Positions 1-10,614 of a DNA stretch of 64,000 bases are shown in pieces. The DNA is taken from contig OZ252017.1 in NCBI GenBank assembly GCA_965247485.1, forward strand, positions 1,018,173 through 1,082,172, read 5' to 3'. The notes beneath the pieces were generated by a model. The model saw only the letters and a program-made list of their open reading frames with translations, was not told where the DNA came from and did no database searches. The translations under genes and the position numbers were made by a program. The DNA comes from Dehalococcoidia bacterium (GTDB taxonomy: Bacteria > Chloroflexota > Dehalococcoidia > DSTF01 > WHTK01). Each line of letters starts with the position of its first letter. Position 1 is the stretch's first letter.

Positions 1-181
1 CGCTGCCAACGGGCCGCTCAGAGCTTCAATCAAAGATGCGGCTCCCATACCAGTTTGGGTTCCGCCACCAGTGCTCTGCACCGACAACGGCGCCATGATC
101 GCCGCGGCTGCCCATTTCCGGGCAGAGAGCGGTGCAGCTGGACTTGACCTCGACGTGCGCGCCTCATGGCCGATTGCCTAG
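1..181 (+). CDS. tsaD: tRNA N6-adenosine threonylcarbamoyltransferase (TsaD/Gcp), C-terminal end; 5' part lies outside the window
   Basis: Frame-2 translation ...PIPVWVPPPVLCTDNGAMIAAAAHFRAESG...SWPIA ends at TAG 179-181. LCTDNGAMIA is the conserved TsaD C-terminal motif as I remember it. Confidence 0.55.
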   Translation, partial: AANGPLRASIKDAAPIPVWVPPPVLCTDNGAMIAAAAHFRAESGAAGLDLDVRASWPIA

Positions 182-258
182 GTTCCGGGCGATGCTAGGA
201 ACTAGAGCAGGAGTAGCGGGAGCGAAACTATTCACGCCTGCCAGCTTAAGAATTTCAC

Positions 259-1503
259 TCAAGACAATGGACAGCGACCACAGCCGCCGCGCCGGCACCA
301 GTTACCATCCAACGCCAATAAACCCTGCTGCTGGAGTGCTGTCTGAACCCGCCGTCGTCCATCAGGCCTCCGCAAGTTCCGCTCCAAGGTCGCGGTTTTG
401 CCATAGGCCGGCGCCGGGCGCAGTTGATGAACAAAGCTCTCCACTTGCTGCCTCAGCTCCGGCTTAGTCGCCGCCACGTAAGGCAAGATCACGTTGAGCA
501 CCAGCTCAGAAGCCCTCTGACGCCCAAGTAGAGCCATCTCATGCTCAGTATCCATCACCTGCCAGCGCGAAACCAACTCCGAGACCGAAGCGGCTTCAGC
601 CGCACTGGCGAGCGCGAACGCCGGCAGGTCAGCGTCAGCTCGCTGCCAGAGACGCGCTAGCGCCGCCAGACGGCGGCGCGGATCGTTTGCCGGCCGCGAC
701 CCGGGCCTCATCACCGGATTCATTGCTGGCCCCACGCCATCGCCTTGCCGAGGCGTCGCCAACCCGGCCACTGCCATCAGTATCGGCTCAACCGCATCCG
801 CGGCGGCCAAACTTCGCAAACGGTCGGCTGGCAAAACCAAGCCCAACCGCCGCCACGCAGAACGGTCCCCGCCATAACCAAGTCCATCCAAAAACGCTTG
901 CCAGAAGGCGGCCTCCTCGCCGAGCTCGGAGATCGAATCAAGCAAGCGTCCTTTTTTAAGAGCAAAGCGCGCTTCGCCTTCGGCAGAAAGCACTGCGTCG
1001 ATGCCCTCCTCGCCAAGGCCCTGCGCCGCTCTGGTACAGGGCTCGCGCCAGATCGTCGCGTTTTCTAGCCAGTCACTCATCTCCTCGGAACGCATCGCTA
1101 ACCAGGACTCAAAGCCAGCAACCGGGGCCCACGCACCGTTACTGAGACGCGTGTCAGCCTCGTCATCAGCCCAAACCACCACATGCAGGACAACACGGTT
1201 GTAGGCTGGATCCTTGTCATGTCCGTGGACGCGGAATGAACTGGCATGCAGGTGCAGCTCCACATCGCCACGTCGCTCCTCGCCGTCAAAAGCGATCACA
1301 GCGTCACGGAAGTCTGGCCCTGCGCCGCCACCAGGCCGGCCCGGGAGAATTACCCGCGGTGAGCGCCCGTCAGAAAGCCTCAGGGCGAGCGGCGCAAAGC
1401 TCTGTCCAGCCCAGATCTTCGCCAGATCAGCTTCCCTAATCCCGCCTTTGGCCGACCAGACTTGGTCCGAGCCTAAGGACGCCTTAGTTGCGCCGCCGGC
1501 CAC
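259..1503 (-). CDS. DUF2851-family protein
   Basis: 414-aa ORF. The N-terminal block PGRPGGGAGPDFRDAVIAFDGEERRGDVELHLHASSFRVHGHDKDPAYNRVVLHVVVW fits the remembered DUF2851 signature (GPDF..A.I....G.VE.H...S.W..HGH..D..Y..V.LHVV). Confidence 0.55.
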   Translation of the reverse strand: MAGGATKASLGSDQVWSAKGGIREADLAKIWAGQSFAPLALRLSDGRSPRVILPGRPGGGAGPDFRDAVIAFDGEERRGDVELHLHASSFRVHGHDKDPAYNRVVLHVVVWADDEADTRLSNGAWAPVAGFESWLAMRSEEMSDWLENATIWREPCTRAAQGLGEEGIDAVLSAEGEARFALKKGRLLDSISELGEEAAFWQAFLDGLGYGGDRSAWRRLGLVLPADRLRSLAAADAVEPILMAVAGLATPRQGDGVGPAMNPVMRPGSRPANDPRRRLAALARLWQRADADLPAFALASAAEAASVSELVSRWQVMDTEHEMALLGRQRASELVLNVILPYVAATKPELRQQVESFVHQLRPAPAYGKTATLERNLRRPDGRRRVQTALQQQGLLALDGNWCRRGGCGRCPLS

Positions 1504-1777
1504 GGCGTCTTGCTCTCACTTCCTCGTCCGGCAGACCGGGGCCGGTTTCGGCGGGCTCAGGCGTGGCCTGGTACTCAAAACCAGCCTTCTCGGCTACTAG
1601 GCTCAGCAAACGTTCAGATAAGCCACGCGGCCGATAGAGGCCGGTTTCCCACTCACTGATTGTCTGCTGGCGCGCGCCCATCTCCTCGGCCAATTCTTGC
1701 TGAGTTAGATTTAGGTGCTCGCGCAATCCGCGTACTCCTTTAGCATCCCAAACAGCTTTACGCTTTGCCATGCCCAC
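1484..1777 (-). CDS. XRE/Cro-type helix-turn-helix transcriptional regulator
   Basis: 97-aa ORF with LNLTQQELAEEMGARQQTISEWETG, a classic XRE HTH. Its 3' end overlaps the start of the DUF2851-like ORF by 20 nt. Confidence 0.6.
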   Translation of the reverse strand: MGMAKRKAVWDAKGVRGLREHLNLTQQELAEEMGARQQTISEWETGLYRPRGLSERLLSLVAEKAGFEYQATPEPAETGPGLPDEEVRARRRGRRRN

Positions 1778-2015
1778 ATCCTACACGGATCCGTGTAAAC
1801 AAGCCAATATTTCCTCTCGCCGGTTCCTTGCAATTCAAATCCGGTCTCAAAATAAGAGCGCAATCAGTTTTCTTGGCGGACGGTGCTTGCGAAACAGTGC
1901 TTGCCGGGCACTAGCCGTCCGGCCAATCGTAGCTCGAAGCCAGACCCAACTGAGGCAGAGCTTTTCCTCGATCGGACACTTGCGCCTACCTAATGGCCGC
2001 CCTACACTACCTCCA

Positions 2016-2042
2016 TTAGCACTCGCTTCAGTCGAGTGCTAA
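2016..2042 (+). promoter_or_regulatory. CIRCE operator (HrcA binding site) upstream of groES
   Basis: TTAGCACTC-GCTTCAGTC-GAGTGCTAA is a perfect match to the CIRCE consensus TTAGCACTC-N9-GAGTGCTAA. It lies 43 nt upstream of the groES ATG. Confidence 0.9.
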
Positions 2043-2084
2043 ACTACGACAAAACCTGAATTTTAACCCCACGAGGAGGTCAGA

Positions 2085-2381
2085 ATGGCTTCGAAATTAA
2101 TCCCCCTTGCAGACAAGCTAGTCCTCAGGCCGATAGTCCAGGAAGAAGTCCTGTCTAGCGGAATCGTCATACCGGACACCGCCAAGGAAAAACCCAACCA
2201 GGGCGAAATCATCGCTGTCGGCCCCGGCCGCCGCGATGACGGCGGCAAAGTGATCGCCCCTGAAGTCGCCATCGGCGACCGCGTTCTCTACGCCAAGTAC
2301 ACCGGCCAGGAGATCAAAGTCGAAAATGAAGAACTGATTGTCCTTGCGGAGAAAGACATTCTCTGCAAGGTCGAAGTCTAA
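2085..2381 (+). CDS. groES: co-chaperonin GroES
   Basis: 98-aa ORF reading MASKLIPLADKLVLRPIVQEE...GIVIPDTAKEKPNQGEIIAVGPG. It lies immediately upstream of groEL and has a GGAGG RBS. Confidence 0.95.
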   Translation: MASKLIPLADKLVLRPIVQEEVLSSGIVIPDTAKEKPNQGEIIAVGPGRRDDGGKVIAPEVAIGDRVLYAKYTGQEIKVENEELIVLAEKDILCKVEV

Positions 2382-2405
2382 TCCCGCCCGCGTTAGGAGC
2401 GTCCA

Positions 2406-4055
2406 ATGGCAAAACAGATCGTTTTTGATGAAGAGGCGCGTCGCTCGCTGATGTCGGGTGTGGACGTGTTGACGGACGCCCTCCGGGTCACCCTGGGTCC
2501 GCGCGGCCGCAAGGTGATTCTCGACAAAAAGTTCGGCACACCTGCCGTGGTCGATGACGGTGTATCCATCGCCAAGGAGATCGAACTCATCGATCCCTTT
2601 GAGAACATGGGCGCCCAACTCGCCAAGGAAATCTCCTCCAAGACCAATGACATTGCCGGCGACGGTACAACGACCGCCACCGTGCTCGGCGCCGCCATCG
2701 TTCGCGAAGGCCTCAAGAATGTTGCCGCCGGTGCCAACCCGATGGCTCTCAAGAAAGGAATTGAGAAAGGTGTAGCCGCCACGCTCGACGCTCTCCGTGA
2801 GATGGCCGCACCGGTCACCGGCAAGGAGCAAATAGCCCAGGTCGCTACCATTTCCGCCGACGATACCGAGATCGGCGAGATAATCGCCGACATCATGGAA
2901 AAAGTCGGCAAGGACGGCGTCATAACCGTGGAAGAGTCCCGTGGCATAACCATGGACACGGAATTTGTCGATGGCATGTCTTTCGACCGCGGCTACAGCT
3001 CGCCCTACTTCGTTACCAACACCGAGCGCATGGAGTCCGTACTTGAGGATCCCTACATCCTCATCACCGACAAGCGCATCTCAGCCGTCAACGATATTCT
3101 GCCGGTGATGGAAAAGGTCCTTCAGGTGACGAAAAACTTCGTCATTATTTCTGATGACCTCGATGGTGAAGCGCAAGCAGTCCTAGTTGTCAATAAGCTG
3201 CGCGGCACTGTCAACGCGCTCGCTATCAAGGCGCCAAGCTTCGGCGACCGCCGTCAGCAAACCCTTGAGGACATAGCGATTCTCACCGGTGGCACTTTCC
3301 TCACCGAGGAGACCGGCCGCAAGCTGGAAGGTGCCCAAATCGCTGATCTCGGCCGCGCCCGCCGCGTCGTTTCCAGCAAGGACGCCACAACGATCATTGA
3401 GGGCCATGGTGCCGATGAAGCAATCCAGGCCCGCATGAGGCAGATCAAGGCCCAGGCCGACGAAACCGCCTCCGATTTCGACCGTGAGAAGCTCCAAGAG
3501 CGCCTAGCCAAACTCTCTGGCGGCGTCGCCGTCCTAAAGGTTGGAGCACCAACCGAAGTCGAACTCAAAGAAAAGAAGTTGCGGGTTGAGGACGCACTTT
3601 CTGCCACAAGGGCCGCGGTTGAAGAAGGCATCATCCCCGGTGGTGGCATCGCCCTGATTCGCTGCCAGGCCACTCTTGACGCTGTGGCCGAGGAGGTCGA
3701 GGGTGACGAACGCACCGGAGTCCTCTTGCTCAAGCGCGCCTTTGAGGAGCCCTTGACCCAAATCGCCGATAACGCCGGTGTCGAAGGAACCGTTGTCGTC
3801 GACGCCATAAAGAAGAACAACGACCCCGACTTTGGCTATGATGCCATGTATGACGTCTACGGCAACATGATCGAGCGCGGTGTCATTGACCCGGTTAAAG
3901 TCACCCGATCCGCCCTCGAAAACGCTGCCTCCATTGCCACCATGGTCCTAACCACGGAATCACTGATTACCGACATTCCGGAAGCTCCAGGCGGCCTGCC
4001 TGCGGGAGCCGGCATGGAGGGTATGGACGGCGGCATGGGTGGTATGGGCATGTAG
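2406..4055 (+). CDS. groEL: chaperonin GroEL
   Basis: 549-aa ORF reading [13 protein letters not shown]...[11 protein letters not shown]... with a C-terminal GGM repeat ([11 protein letters not shown]). Confidence 0.97.
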   Translation: MAKQIVFDEEARRSLMSGVDVLTDALRVTLGPRGRKVILDKKFGTPAVVDDGVSIAKEIELIDPFENMGAQLAKEISSKTNDIAGDGTTTATVLGAAIVREGLKNVAAGANPMALKKGIEKGVAATLDALREMAAPVTGKEQIAQVATISADDTEIGEIIADIMEKVGKDGVITVEESRGITMDTEFVDGMSFDRGYSSPYFVTNTERMESVLEDPYILITDKRISAVNDILPVMEKVLQVTKNFVIISDDLDGEAQAVLVVNKLRGTVNALAIKAPSFGDRRQQTLEDIAILTGGTFLTEETGRKLEGAQIADLGRARRVVSSKDATTIIEGHGADEAIQARMRQIKAQADETASDFDREKLQERLAKLSGGVAVLKVGAPTEVELKEKKLRVEDALSATRAAVEEGIIPGGGIALIRCQATLDAVAEEVEGDERTGVLLLKRAFEEPLTQIADNAGVEGTVVVDAIKKNNDPDFGYDAMYDVYGNMIERGVIDPVKVTRSALENAASIATMVLTTESLITDIPEAPGGLPAGAGMEGMDGGMGGMGM

Positions 4056-4090
4056 CCCTCGGGCACTACCCAGAAGCATTTGCATTCAAG

Positions 4091-4124
4091 AGAGGCCGGG
4101 CTTAAAGCCCGGCCTCTCTTCTTC
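4091..4124. terminator. stem-loop terminator between convergent groEL and the VWA gene
   Basis: AGAGGCCGGGC-TTAAA-GCCCGGCCTCT forms an 11-bp perfect stem followed by CTTCTTC. It sits between two convergent stop codons. Confidence 0.6.
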
Positions 4125-4292
4125 AGTTCTCTTTAGCACGGCGTCACCAACCTCAGTATTCTCCGGTAGCCTCCAGGCCGATAGGAGAGCCTTCCTCGGC
4201 AAAACCGAGGTTTTTGGGTTCAAGGGCCGGCAGCCCAACCTAACACATAAGCTCACTCGTCAGAAAGGCCAGAACCCACCGGATTCCGGCGC

Positions 4293-7200
4293 TTATACAG
4301 TCAGGCGCCGATAGAGGGTCGGCAGACGCGACGGCAACAAAGAGATGTCACCCAAAACTTCGTAGGCTATATCGCCACACATCGCGCCAAGGTAGTCGTG
4401 CCCTTCCTTATCTACCGTCAGAGCAAAAGGCGTGATCCCAAGGTTTTTGGCCTCAATCAGAGCCTTATGGGTGTCATGGATGGCGTAGTCTTTCTCGGTG
4501 CGGTCGCGCCCGTAGCCATGATCCTGCGGGCGCCCGTCTGACACCAGGAACAAGATCTTTGCCTTGGCGTTAGCCTCCTCCAACTTGGCTGCGGTGTGGC
4601 GAATGGCCGGGCCCATCCTCGTGGAACGGATCGGCATTACTTTATCGATCCGGCGTCGCACATCGTCGCCAAAGAACTCATCGAAGTCCTTGATTACAAA
4701 ATACTCAACGTTGTCGCGGCCATAGCCGGAGAAACCGTAAATACCGTAGCGATCGCCAATAACCTCGAGCGCGTGAGTCAGAAGAACCATGCTTTTGCGC
4801 TCCAGGTCGATAATCCGCTTCGGCGGCTCACCGTTCTGGCTCCGCTCTTGGGCAACAGACTGGTAGTAGCGCTTCTGATCTCCAGTCGCATCCTTCGAAT
4901 TCCCGTCCGTCGCATCACCATTCCGCTTCGGACGGTGCTTCTCTATTTCCTCATCGGTCGACGCTGACATGTCGAGCAGGAATGCGACCGCGACGTCGCG
5001 CTCGATCTTGTTGCGGCGCCAGTAGATCTTCGGCACGTCCCCGTGACCGGCCTTTTTCTGGACCATAAATTCGATAGCAGCGTCTATATCGATGTCCTCG
5101 CCATCCTCGAGTCTCTTTATCTTGCGGAAGTTATCCGGTTTGAGCAGCTCAAACTGGCGTTGAGTCTCGGAAACCAGGCCAGCATACTGGTGCAGCGTCT
5201 CCTCGTAGAACTCCTCGGAACCCTGTTCGAGCACGCGTTCGCGTACCGTGCACCAGCGTGGCTTGTAGTCATAGGCTCGGAAATCCCACTCATCATAGTA
5301 GAAGAGCTTAACCTCGGGGCTGGGTGCTGGTGCCTCGGGCTCCGGTTCTTCACCTTCGTCAGCATCGTCATCGGGCAGTTGTTGGCCCGCTTCACGCTCT
5401 AGATTCTCAAGGAAAGCACTAATCGTGGCCGAGATTTGCTCGGCGTCTTCTTCCATGTCAACTTCAACGCTTTTTTCCAGGAGTTCCTTGATCTGCTCCT
5501 CGGTCAAGGCTGAGAGGTCTTCCTCCGTCTGCTCATCCGTCTGCTGCATCCGCATCCGCATCAGCAGCTGCACCATCTCTGGCTTGAAATCGCCGCGGAA
5601 ATCAACCTGATCAGGGCTTTCGTAAGGCATTTCCTCACCATCGGGCAAGTCGCCCAAGCCATCACTCACGTCAACCCCGTCGCTGCCTTCCTCCTGCATT
5701 TGCTCGAGCATTTCCTGCGATATATCGCTCCACTCCATATCTTGAAGCGCCTCAGGTGGCAGGTTCGGAATCTTTTCGGCCATCTCGTAGAGAGTCAGTG
5801 CGCTTTCGGCGGCATCTTCCACCGTCGTGCCCTCTTGGCGCAATTCAAACAGCGTCGTGATAGCGCTGGCCAGAATTGGTTCTAACGGCTTGGGAAAGCT
5901 GATCGTCGACTCGCCATCAAGGCTGACTCGAACCAGGTTCTCGATAAACGCCTGCCGCAGGGGCAGAGTGCGCTGGCTCGGCCTTCGCCCCAGCTCAATC
6001 GCCTGGACCAGCCCGGCGGCGCGGCGGACGCCTGGATACTCTTTGCCGATCCGCTGGTCAATCCGTAGGTCTTCGGTCACTGTGAAAAGATCCGATGCCA
6101 TCTGCCTTTCATCGAATAGGTCAAAGAAATGTTCCATATCCGTAACCCAGCGTCGTTTGGATAGCAGTCCATCGGCGCGCCGTTGGCGCTCGACCAGGTG
6201 GCGGCGGCGGGGCAATCTGCCCCCTGCCCGCCGGTAGCTGAAATCAAAGCTGCCAAACTCTAAGTGAGCCGTCTGGTGAGTTGCGTAAATCTTGAAGACG
6301 GAGAAGTTATCCGGCTTGTTCTCGAATTCCTCAATGTGCTCTGGCAGGAAGATTGAGGTGCCTTCTGTGGAAGGGCCACGCTCACTGACCCAGCCAATGC
6401 CCTTCTCTTCCAACGCATTGACCGGTTGCACGCTGACGTTGATACCAGTGAGGGCTTTGCTATAGAGACGCAAAAGCTCGCTCACCGTGGCCAACACCAC
6501 CCGAGCTGAGAGATTCGACACCATCTGCTCAGCTTTGGCAGATTCTAGCCGGAAATACGCCTCGCCACCCTCCTGGGTCTGGCGCAAGATCTCCAAACCA
6601 GCGCCGTGCCAAGCTTTGAGATCATCGGCGCGAAGCCGATCCACCAATGACGGCACCGACTTAATAAATGACATAGCTGCAATCGGCGATAATCCCACCA
6701 GACCGCCTGCAAGATCTATCGTCCGGCCGTGCTCAGCCTCATCAATCTCCTTGAACGCGTGCGTACCTTCAGCAAACAGATTGTAGGCTTGGCGCCCGAG
6801 ACGCTGGGCAACCCGTGCACAAAGGTCGAGGTAATGCGCGCGCTCCGCCGGATCTATGCTGGTCAGTAATTCCGGGCCACGCTGAAAGTAAAGACTGGCC
6901 TCTGGCCAGGCACTCTCTGAAATTGCCCCGGCGAAATCCAGAAAAGCCAGACGCTCCGCCTGATTTAGCGTTGAGGCCAGGCTTGGCGATGCCTCAAGGC
7001 AGGCCGCGGCAAGATCAGCCGAACGGTCAGAGATTGACTCAATCACCCGCACTAGGCGGCCCATCTCAGGAATCGTCAGTTCCTTCAACAGATTCGGGCT
7101 GAGATTTAGGAATTCACTCGCCAAAGAAATCGATTTCCAGGTCGCCTTATAAAGACGGTCGCCGAGAAACGCCCACTCGCGGACCTGACCGCCAGTCAAC

Positions 7201-7538
7201 ATCGGCAATACCTCCGGGCTGGCGCGGAAATATGCGCAGGCGATCGCCGAAGCATGCTCGGCAAGCTCGCGGCCGGTCGCGACCCATTGGCGAAAACTAG
7301 CCTCGTCCAGGCTAAGCAGAATCGGCGCCGCCAGCCGGTAGTAATCGGCGCTGGGCTCCCATGAGCGCAAAGAATGCGCCGACAATTGAAAACCTTCCTC
7401 AAGCCAGAGCTCTACCTGCTGATCAGAAAGCTCTGCCGGCAGGCTGGCAACTGACTCTCGGAAAGCCTGCAATAAGGATGGTGGCAGCTTTCCAAGACGG
7501 GCTTCTGCCTCCTGGAGTTGTGATTCGCTCAGTGGCAT
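4293..7538 (-). CDS. large VWA-domain protein, CbbO/NorD-like partner of the CbbQ/NorQ ATPase
   Basis: 1081-aa ORF. The C-terminal von Willebrand A fold has a MIDAS-like DxSxS (FLLDMSASTD) and ILFLVSDGRPQD. There is a long acidic insert (EEDLSALTEEQIKELLEK...DDDADEGEEPEPE). A cbbQ-like gene lies on the same strand upstream. Confidence 0.7.
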   Translation of the reverse strand: MPLSESQLQEAEARLGKLPPSLLQAFRESVASLPAELSDQQVELWLEEGFQLSAHSLRSWEPSADYYRLAAPILLSLDEASFRQWVATGRELAEHASAIACAYFRASPEVLPMLTGGQVREWAFLGDRLYKATWKSISLASEFLNLSPNLLKELTIPEMGRLVRVIESISDRSADLAAACLEASPSLASTLNQAERLAFLDFAGAISESAWPEASLYFQRGPELLTSIDPAERAHYLDLCARVAQRLGRQAYNLFAEGTHAFKEIDEAEHGRTIDLAGGLVGLSPIAAMSFIKSVPSLVDRLRADDLKAWHGAGLEILRQTQEGGEAYFRLESAKAEQMVSNLSARVVLATVSELLRLYSKALTGINVSVQPVNALEEKGIGWVSERGPSTEGTSIFLPEHIEEFENKPDNFSVFKIYATHQTAHLEFGSFDFSYRRAGGRLPRRRHLVERQRRADGLLSKRRWVTDMEHFFDLFDERQMASDLFTVTEDLRIDQRIGKEYPGVRRAAGLVQAIELGRRPSQRTLPLRQAFIENLVRVSLDGESTISFPKPLEPILASAITTLFELRQEGTTVEDAAESALTLYEMAEKIPNLPPEALQDMEWSDISQEMLEQMQEEGSDGVDVSDGLGDLPDGEEMPYESPDQVDFRGDFKPEMVQLLMRMRMQQTDEQTEEDLSALTEEQIKELLEKSVEVDMEEDAEQISATISAFLENLEREAGQQLPDDDADEGEEPEPEAPAPSPEVKLFYYDEWDFRAYDYKPRWCTVRERVLEQGSEEFYEETLHQYAGLVSETQRQFELLKPDNFRKIKRLEDGEDIDIDAAIEFMVQKKAGHGDVPKIYWRRNKIERDVAVAFLLDMSASTDEEIEKHRPKRNGDATDGNSKDATGDQKRYYQSVAQERSQNGEPPKRIIDLERKSMVLLTHALEVIGDRYGIYGFSGYGRDNVEYFVIKDFDEFFGDDVRRRIDKVMPIRSTRMGPAIRHTAAKLEEANAKAKILFLVSDGRPQDHGYGRDRTEKDYAIHDTHKALIEAKNLGITPFALTVDKEGHDYLGAMCGDIAYEVLGDISLLPSRLPTLYRRLTV

Positions 7539-7665
7539 AGCCTATCCCGATTCATTTCCGATTAGTTTCAGTACCAAACCGCGGCGCGGAGAGAGCAGCA
7601 ACAGTCGCTATTCTAGCGATGCCGACTCCTGATAGCGAGCCACGGCGGCGGCCTGCGCTGGGGGA

Positions 7666-8184
7666 TTAGCTTTCTTCAACTTCGATGCGAATGATCTTGT
7701 CGCCCTGGCGCACAGCCTGAACCGCTTCCATTCCTCCGGTGACACGGCCGAATACCGAGTGCCGGTTGTCGAGATGTGGTTGCGCCGCCAGGGTGATAAA
7801 GAACTGGCTGCCGTTTGTCCCCGGTCCGGAGTTGGCCATCGACAGCATTCCGGGGCCCTCGTGCCGCCATTTCGGGCTAAATTCATCCTTAAAAGTGTAG
7901 CCTGGTCCGCCAGTGCCATCACCACGTGGGTCACCGCCCTGAATCATGAACGGAGGGCTGGAGATCACTCGATGGAAGGCAAGGCCGTCGTAATAGCCCA
8001 CACAACTCAGATAGACAAAGTTGTTCACCGTGTCCGGCGCGTCCTTTGCCGCCAATTCTATGGTGACGTTGCCGTGCTCCGTCTCCAGGGTGACAACATA
8101 GTTCTTCTCTGGATCGATCACGCGCTCTGGCGGCGAGCCAAAGTCGCGCTTGCCGCTGCGCTCAAGGTCAGCGATCGTTGTCAT
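7666..8184 (-). CDS. peptidyl-prolyl cis-trans isomerase, cyclophilin type (cytoplasmic)
   Basis: 172-aa ORF with [33 protein letters not shown] and [16 protein letters not shown], which are cyclophilin hallmarks. No signal peptide. Confidence 0.9.
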   Translation of the reverse strand: MTTIADLERSGKRDFGSPPERVIDPEKNYVVTLETEHGNVTIELAAKDAPDTVNNFVYLSCVGYYDGLAFHRVISSPPFMIQGGDPRGDGTGGPGYTFKDEFSPKWRHEGPGMLSMANSGPGTNGSQFFITLAAQPHLDNRHSVFGRVTGGMEAVQAVRQGDKIIRIEVEES

Positions 8185-8323
8185 AGTTCTCCTTTGGTAT
8201 CTGGTTTTTTGCCTTACCGCTACAGACGTCGGCAGCAGGCATCCGTTTCAGTCTAAGACAACGCCGCCACCGGGCGCTAACCGCCAGCCACTTTCAGCCC
8301 GACGGCCAGAAGGTGGCTGATTC

Positions 8324-9037
8324 TCACTTCTCTTCGATGCTGATGCTGACGACAATGTCACCGCCGCGTATCGATCGGACCACGTCCATCCCGCCGCTGA
8401 CAAACCCGAACACGGAGTGCCGGTCATTGAGGTGCGGCGTGGCGGAGAGCGTAATGAAAAACTGACTGCCATTCGTGTCAGGGCCGCTATTGGCCATTGA
8501 TAACACGCCGGCGTCGTTGTGACGCAGTTCCGGGTTGAACTCATCTGCAAAGGCGTATCCGGGCCCACCCGTACCATCTCCGCGAGGATCGCCGCCCTGG
8601 ATCACGAAATCGGGTACGAAGCGGTGAAACGTGAGGCCGTCATAGTAGCCAACGCAACTCAGGAAAACAAAGTTGTTCACCGTGTTCGGTGCTCCGCCGG
8701 GCGCCAATTCGATTCTAATTTCGCCCTTTTCTGTCGTCAGTACCGCCGTATAGCTTTTGGTTACGTCGATCACCCGTTCCGGAGCAAAAGCAAATTGCTG
8801 CTGGCCATTCCGGTCGATCTCACTGATCGCGCTGCCGGCGGGGCCACAGCTTCCGACTGGGCTAGTATCAGCGGCCACTGTCGGCTGAGCTGCCGGGACT
8901 TGCGTCGACGTGCTTGATGCGGCCGTGAACGAATCTTCACCACCATCACCACCGCAACTCATCGCCACCGCTGCCAATGCCAGCAGCATTAGTATCCCAA
9001 TCAGGCTCCGGCGCAGAAAAAGAGCCACCTTATTCAA
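8324..9037 (-). CDS. exported lipoprotein cyclophilin-type peptidyl-prolyl isomerase
   Basis: 237-aa ORF. It has a signal peptide plus lipobox ([16 protein letters not shown]) and then a cyclophilin core ([31 protein letters not shown]; [16 protein letters not shown]). The start may be TTG 9037 or GTG 9028. Confidence 0.85.
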   Translation of the reverse strand: MNKVALFLRRSLIGILMLLALAAVAMSCGGDGGEDSFTAASSTSTQVPAAQPTVAADTSPVGSCGPAGSAISEIDRNGQQQFAFAPERVIDVTKSYTAVLTTEKGEIRIELAPGGAPNTVNNFVFLSCVGYYDGLTFHRFVPDFVIQGGDPRGDGTGGPGYAFADEFNPELRHNDAGVLSMANSGPDTNGSQFFITLSATPHLNDRHSVFGFVSGGMDVVRSIRGGDIVVSISIEEK

Positions 9038-9941
9038 AGATCGAACTAACGACCTCTTCTAGAGTCCGCTGCACGTCGAGGTCGTCGGTCAATGCCCATA
9101 CCAGCGACGACTGGCAAGCAACCCGCGGCGCGATACCCTTACGAATGAGCCGGCCCGTATAAATCAGTAGCCGAGTGCTCACTCCCTCAGCGAGGCCGTG
9201 CTCACGCAGGTTTCGCACCTTTTCGCCCAGCTTGGCCAGCTCGCCTGCTATTTCCTCAGATATCTCCGCCTCGTGGGCAATAATTTCCGTCTCTTGGCTC
9301 CGCGGCGGGTAGTCGAACTCGATCGCAATAAAGCGCTGCCTCGTGCTGTGCTTGAGGTCCTTGAGAGCGCTTTGGTAGCCGGGGTTGTAGGAGATCACCA
9401 GCAGGAAGCCATCGGCGGCTTCCAGCACTTGACCGCGCTTTTCAATTGGCAGAAGTCGCCGGTGGTCGGTCAACGGGTGAATCAGGACCGTCGTGTCCTT
9501 CCGCGCTTCCACCACTTCATCCAAGTAACAGATCGCACCGGCCTTCACCGCCCGGGTCAAGGGTCCGTCAATCCAGCGCGTGCTTTCGCCCTCAAGTAGG
9601 TAGCGGCCAACCAAGTCGCTGGCCGTCAGGTCCTCGTGACACGCCACGGTTACCAGTGGCAAGGCTTCTTCCGGTGAACCTGCTGATTGGTCGCCATTCT
9701 CTCGCGGAGGCGGCGTCAGCGGCCGGCCCAGCTGCCAGGCCATATATTCGATGAATCGGGTTTTGCCACATCCTGTCGGTCCCTTGAGCAGCACGGGAAT
9801 GTGTTCCTCAAACGCTGATGTGAACGTCTCAATCTCGCCACCGATCGGCAGGTAGTACGGCTTTACATGCGGGCGGTACTCTTCGGCGGCATACTCGCGG
9901 TAGCCCGATTCCTCGTCTTTGAAATTGAACTTCTCGTTAAT
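9030..9941 (-). CDS. CbbQ/NirQ/NorQ-family AAA+ (MoxR-like) ATPase; 5' end uncertain
   Basis: The track ORF starts at GTG 9794, directly on the Walker A motif ([18 protein letters not shown]). The upstream in-frame sequence reads ...[24 protein letters not shown], which is conserved CbbQ N-terminal sequence. The frame has no ATG/GTG/TTG there, so ATT 9941 behind a GGGAGG is the best candidate start. Confidence 0.8.
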   Translation of the reverse strand: MNEKFNFKDEESGYREYAAEEYRPHVKPYYLPIGGEIETFTSAFEEHIPVLLKGPTGCGKTRFIEYMAWQLGRPLTPPPRENGDQSAGSPEEALPLVTVACHEDLTASDLVGRYLLEGESTRWIDGPLTRAVKAGAICYLDEVVEARKDTTVLIHPLTDHRRLLPIEKRGQVLEAADGFLLVISYNPGYQSALKDLKHSTRQRFIAIEFDYPPRSQETEIIAHEAEISEEIAGELAKLGEKVRNLREHGLAEGVSTRLLIYTGRLIRKGIAPRVACQSSLVWALTDDLDVQRTLEEVVSSIFE

Positions 9942-10020
9942 GGCTGTCCTCCCCTCGTCCAGGCAGCCCGCCTTGGCATCAGTCAGCGTTTCTGGCCACA
10001 GTACACGTACTGAAGTAATT

Positions 10021-10614
10021 CTACGCGACCGGCAGACTCAACCAAAGGGCCTCGATTCGGGCACTCAGTGTTTCCAGATCGCCGTCATTTTCAATTATCA
10101 GATCAGCAGCTTGCTCCCCGGCTGTCAGGTCACCGCGGGCGGCGATGCGAGCGGCGACCTCAGCATCCGAGCCTCCGCGGGCTCGCAATCGCTCGGCCAT
10201 CACTTCAGCTGAAACACGAACGAACCAAACCTGGTCTACCAGGCTCCGCCAGCCGGCCTCAATCAGCAAAGGCGCTTCTAGCACGAATACATCTGCCGAT
10301 GCCGCCTCAGCCTCGCGTTCGAGCCTCTCAACTCGTTCTCGGGTCAGAGGCCAGACAATTTCGGTCAACTGCTCCAGCCACTTCTTTTCCTGAAAAACCA
10401 GCGCCCCGAGAATGTTTCTGTCCACACCACCGTCCGCCCCCAAAATCTCACTGCCGAACGCGGCCAGGATTGCGTCGTAGCCGGGTCCACCCGGCAAGTA
10501 AGTCTCGTGCGCCACCCGGTCCGCGTCCACGACGATCGCCCCATGGGCGGCAAGCAAGCGCCCAACTTCGCTCTTGCCGGCTGCAATGCCTCCAGTCAGT
10601 CCAATTCTGAGCAC
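10021..10614 (-). CDS. coaE: dephospho-CoA kinase
   Basis: [18 protein letters not shown]-loop at the N-terminus, with ...[10 protein letters not shown]... and LLIEAG. The longest ORF starts at TTG 10653, but GTG 10614 gives the canonical N-terminus. Confidence 0.85.
   Translation of the reverse strand: MLRIGLTGGIAAGKSEVGRLLAAHGAIVVDADRVAHETYLPGGPGYDAILAAFGSEILGADGGVDRNILGALVFQEKKWLEQLTEIVWPLTRERVERLEREAEAASADVFVLEAPLLIEAGWRSLVDQVWFVRVSAEVMAERLRARGGSDAEVAARIAARGDLTAGEQAADLIIENDGDLETLSARIEALWLSLPVA

Noticed and set aside
2118-3820. Several long minus-strand ORFs (2118..2831, 2393..2977, 3183..3497, 3254..3820) lying opposite groES and groEL.
   Set aside because: They lie antisense to an unambiguous groESL operon and have low-complexity, Arg/Ser/Ala-rich translations. 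They are typical shadow ORFs of GC-rich coding DNA.
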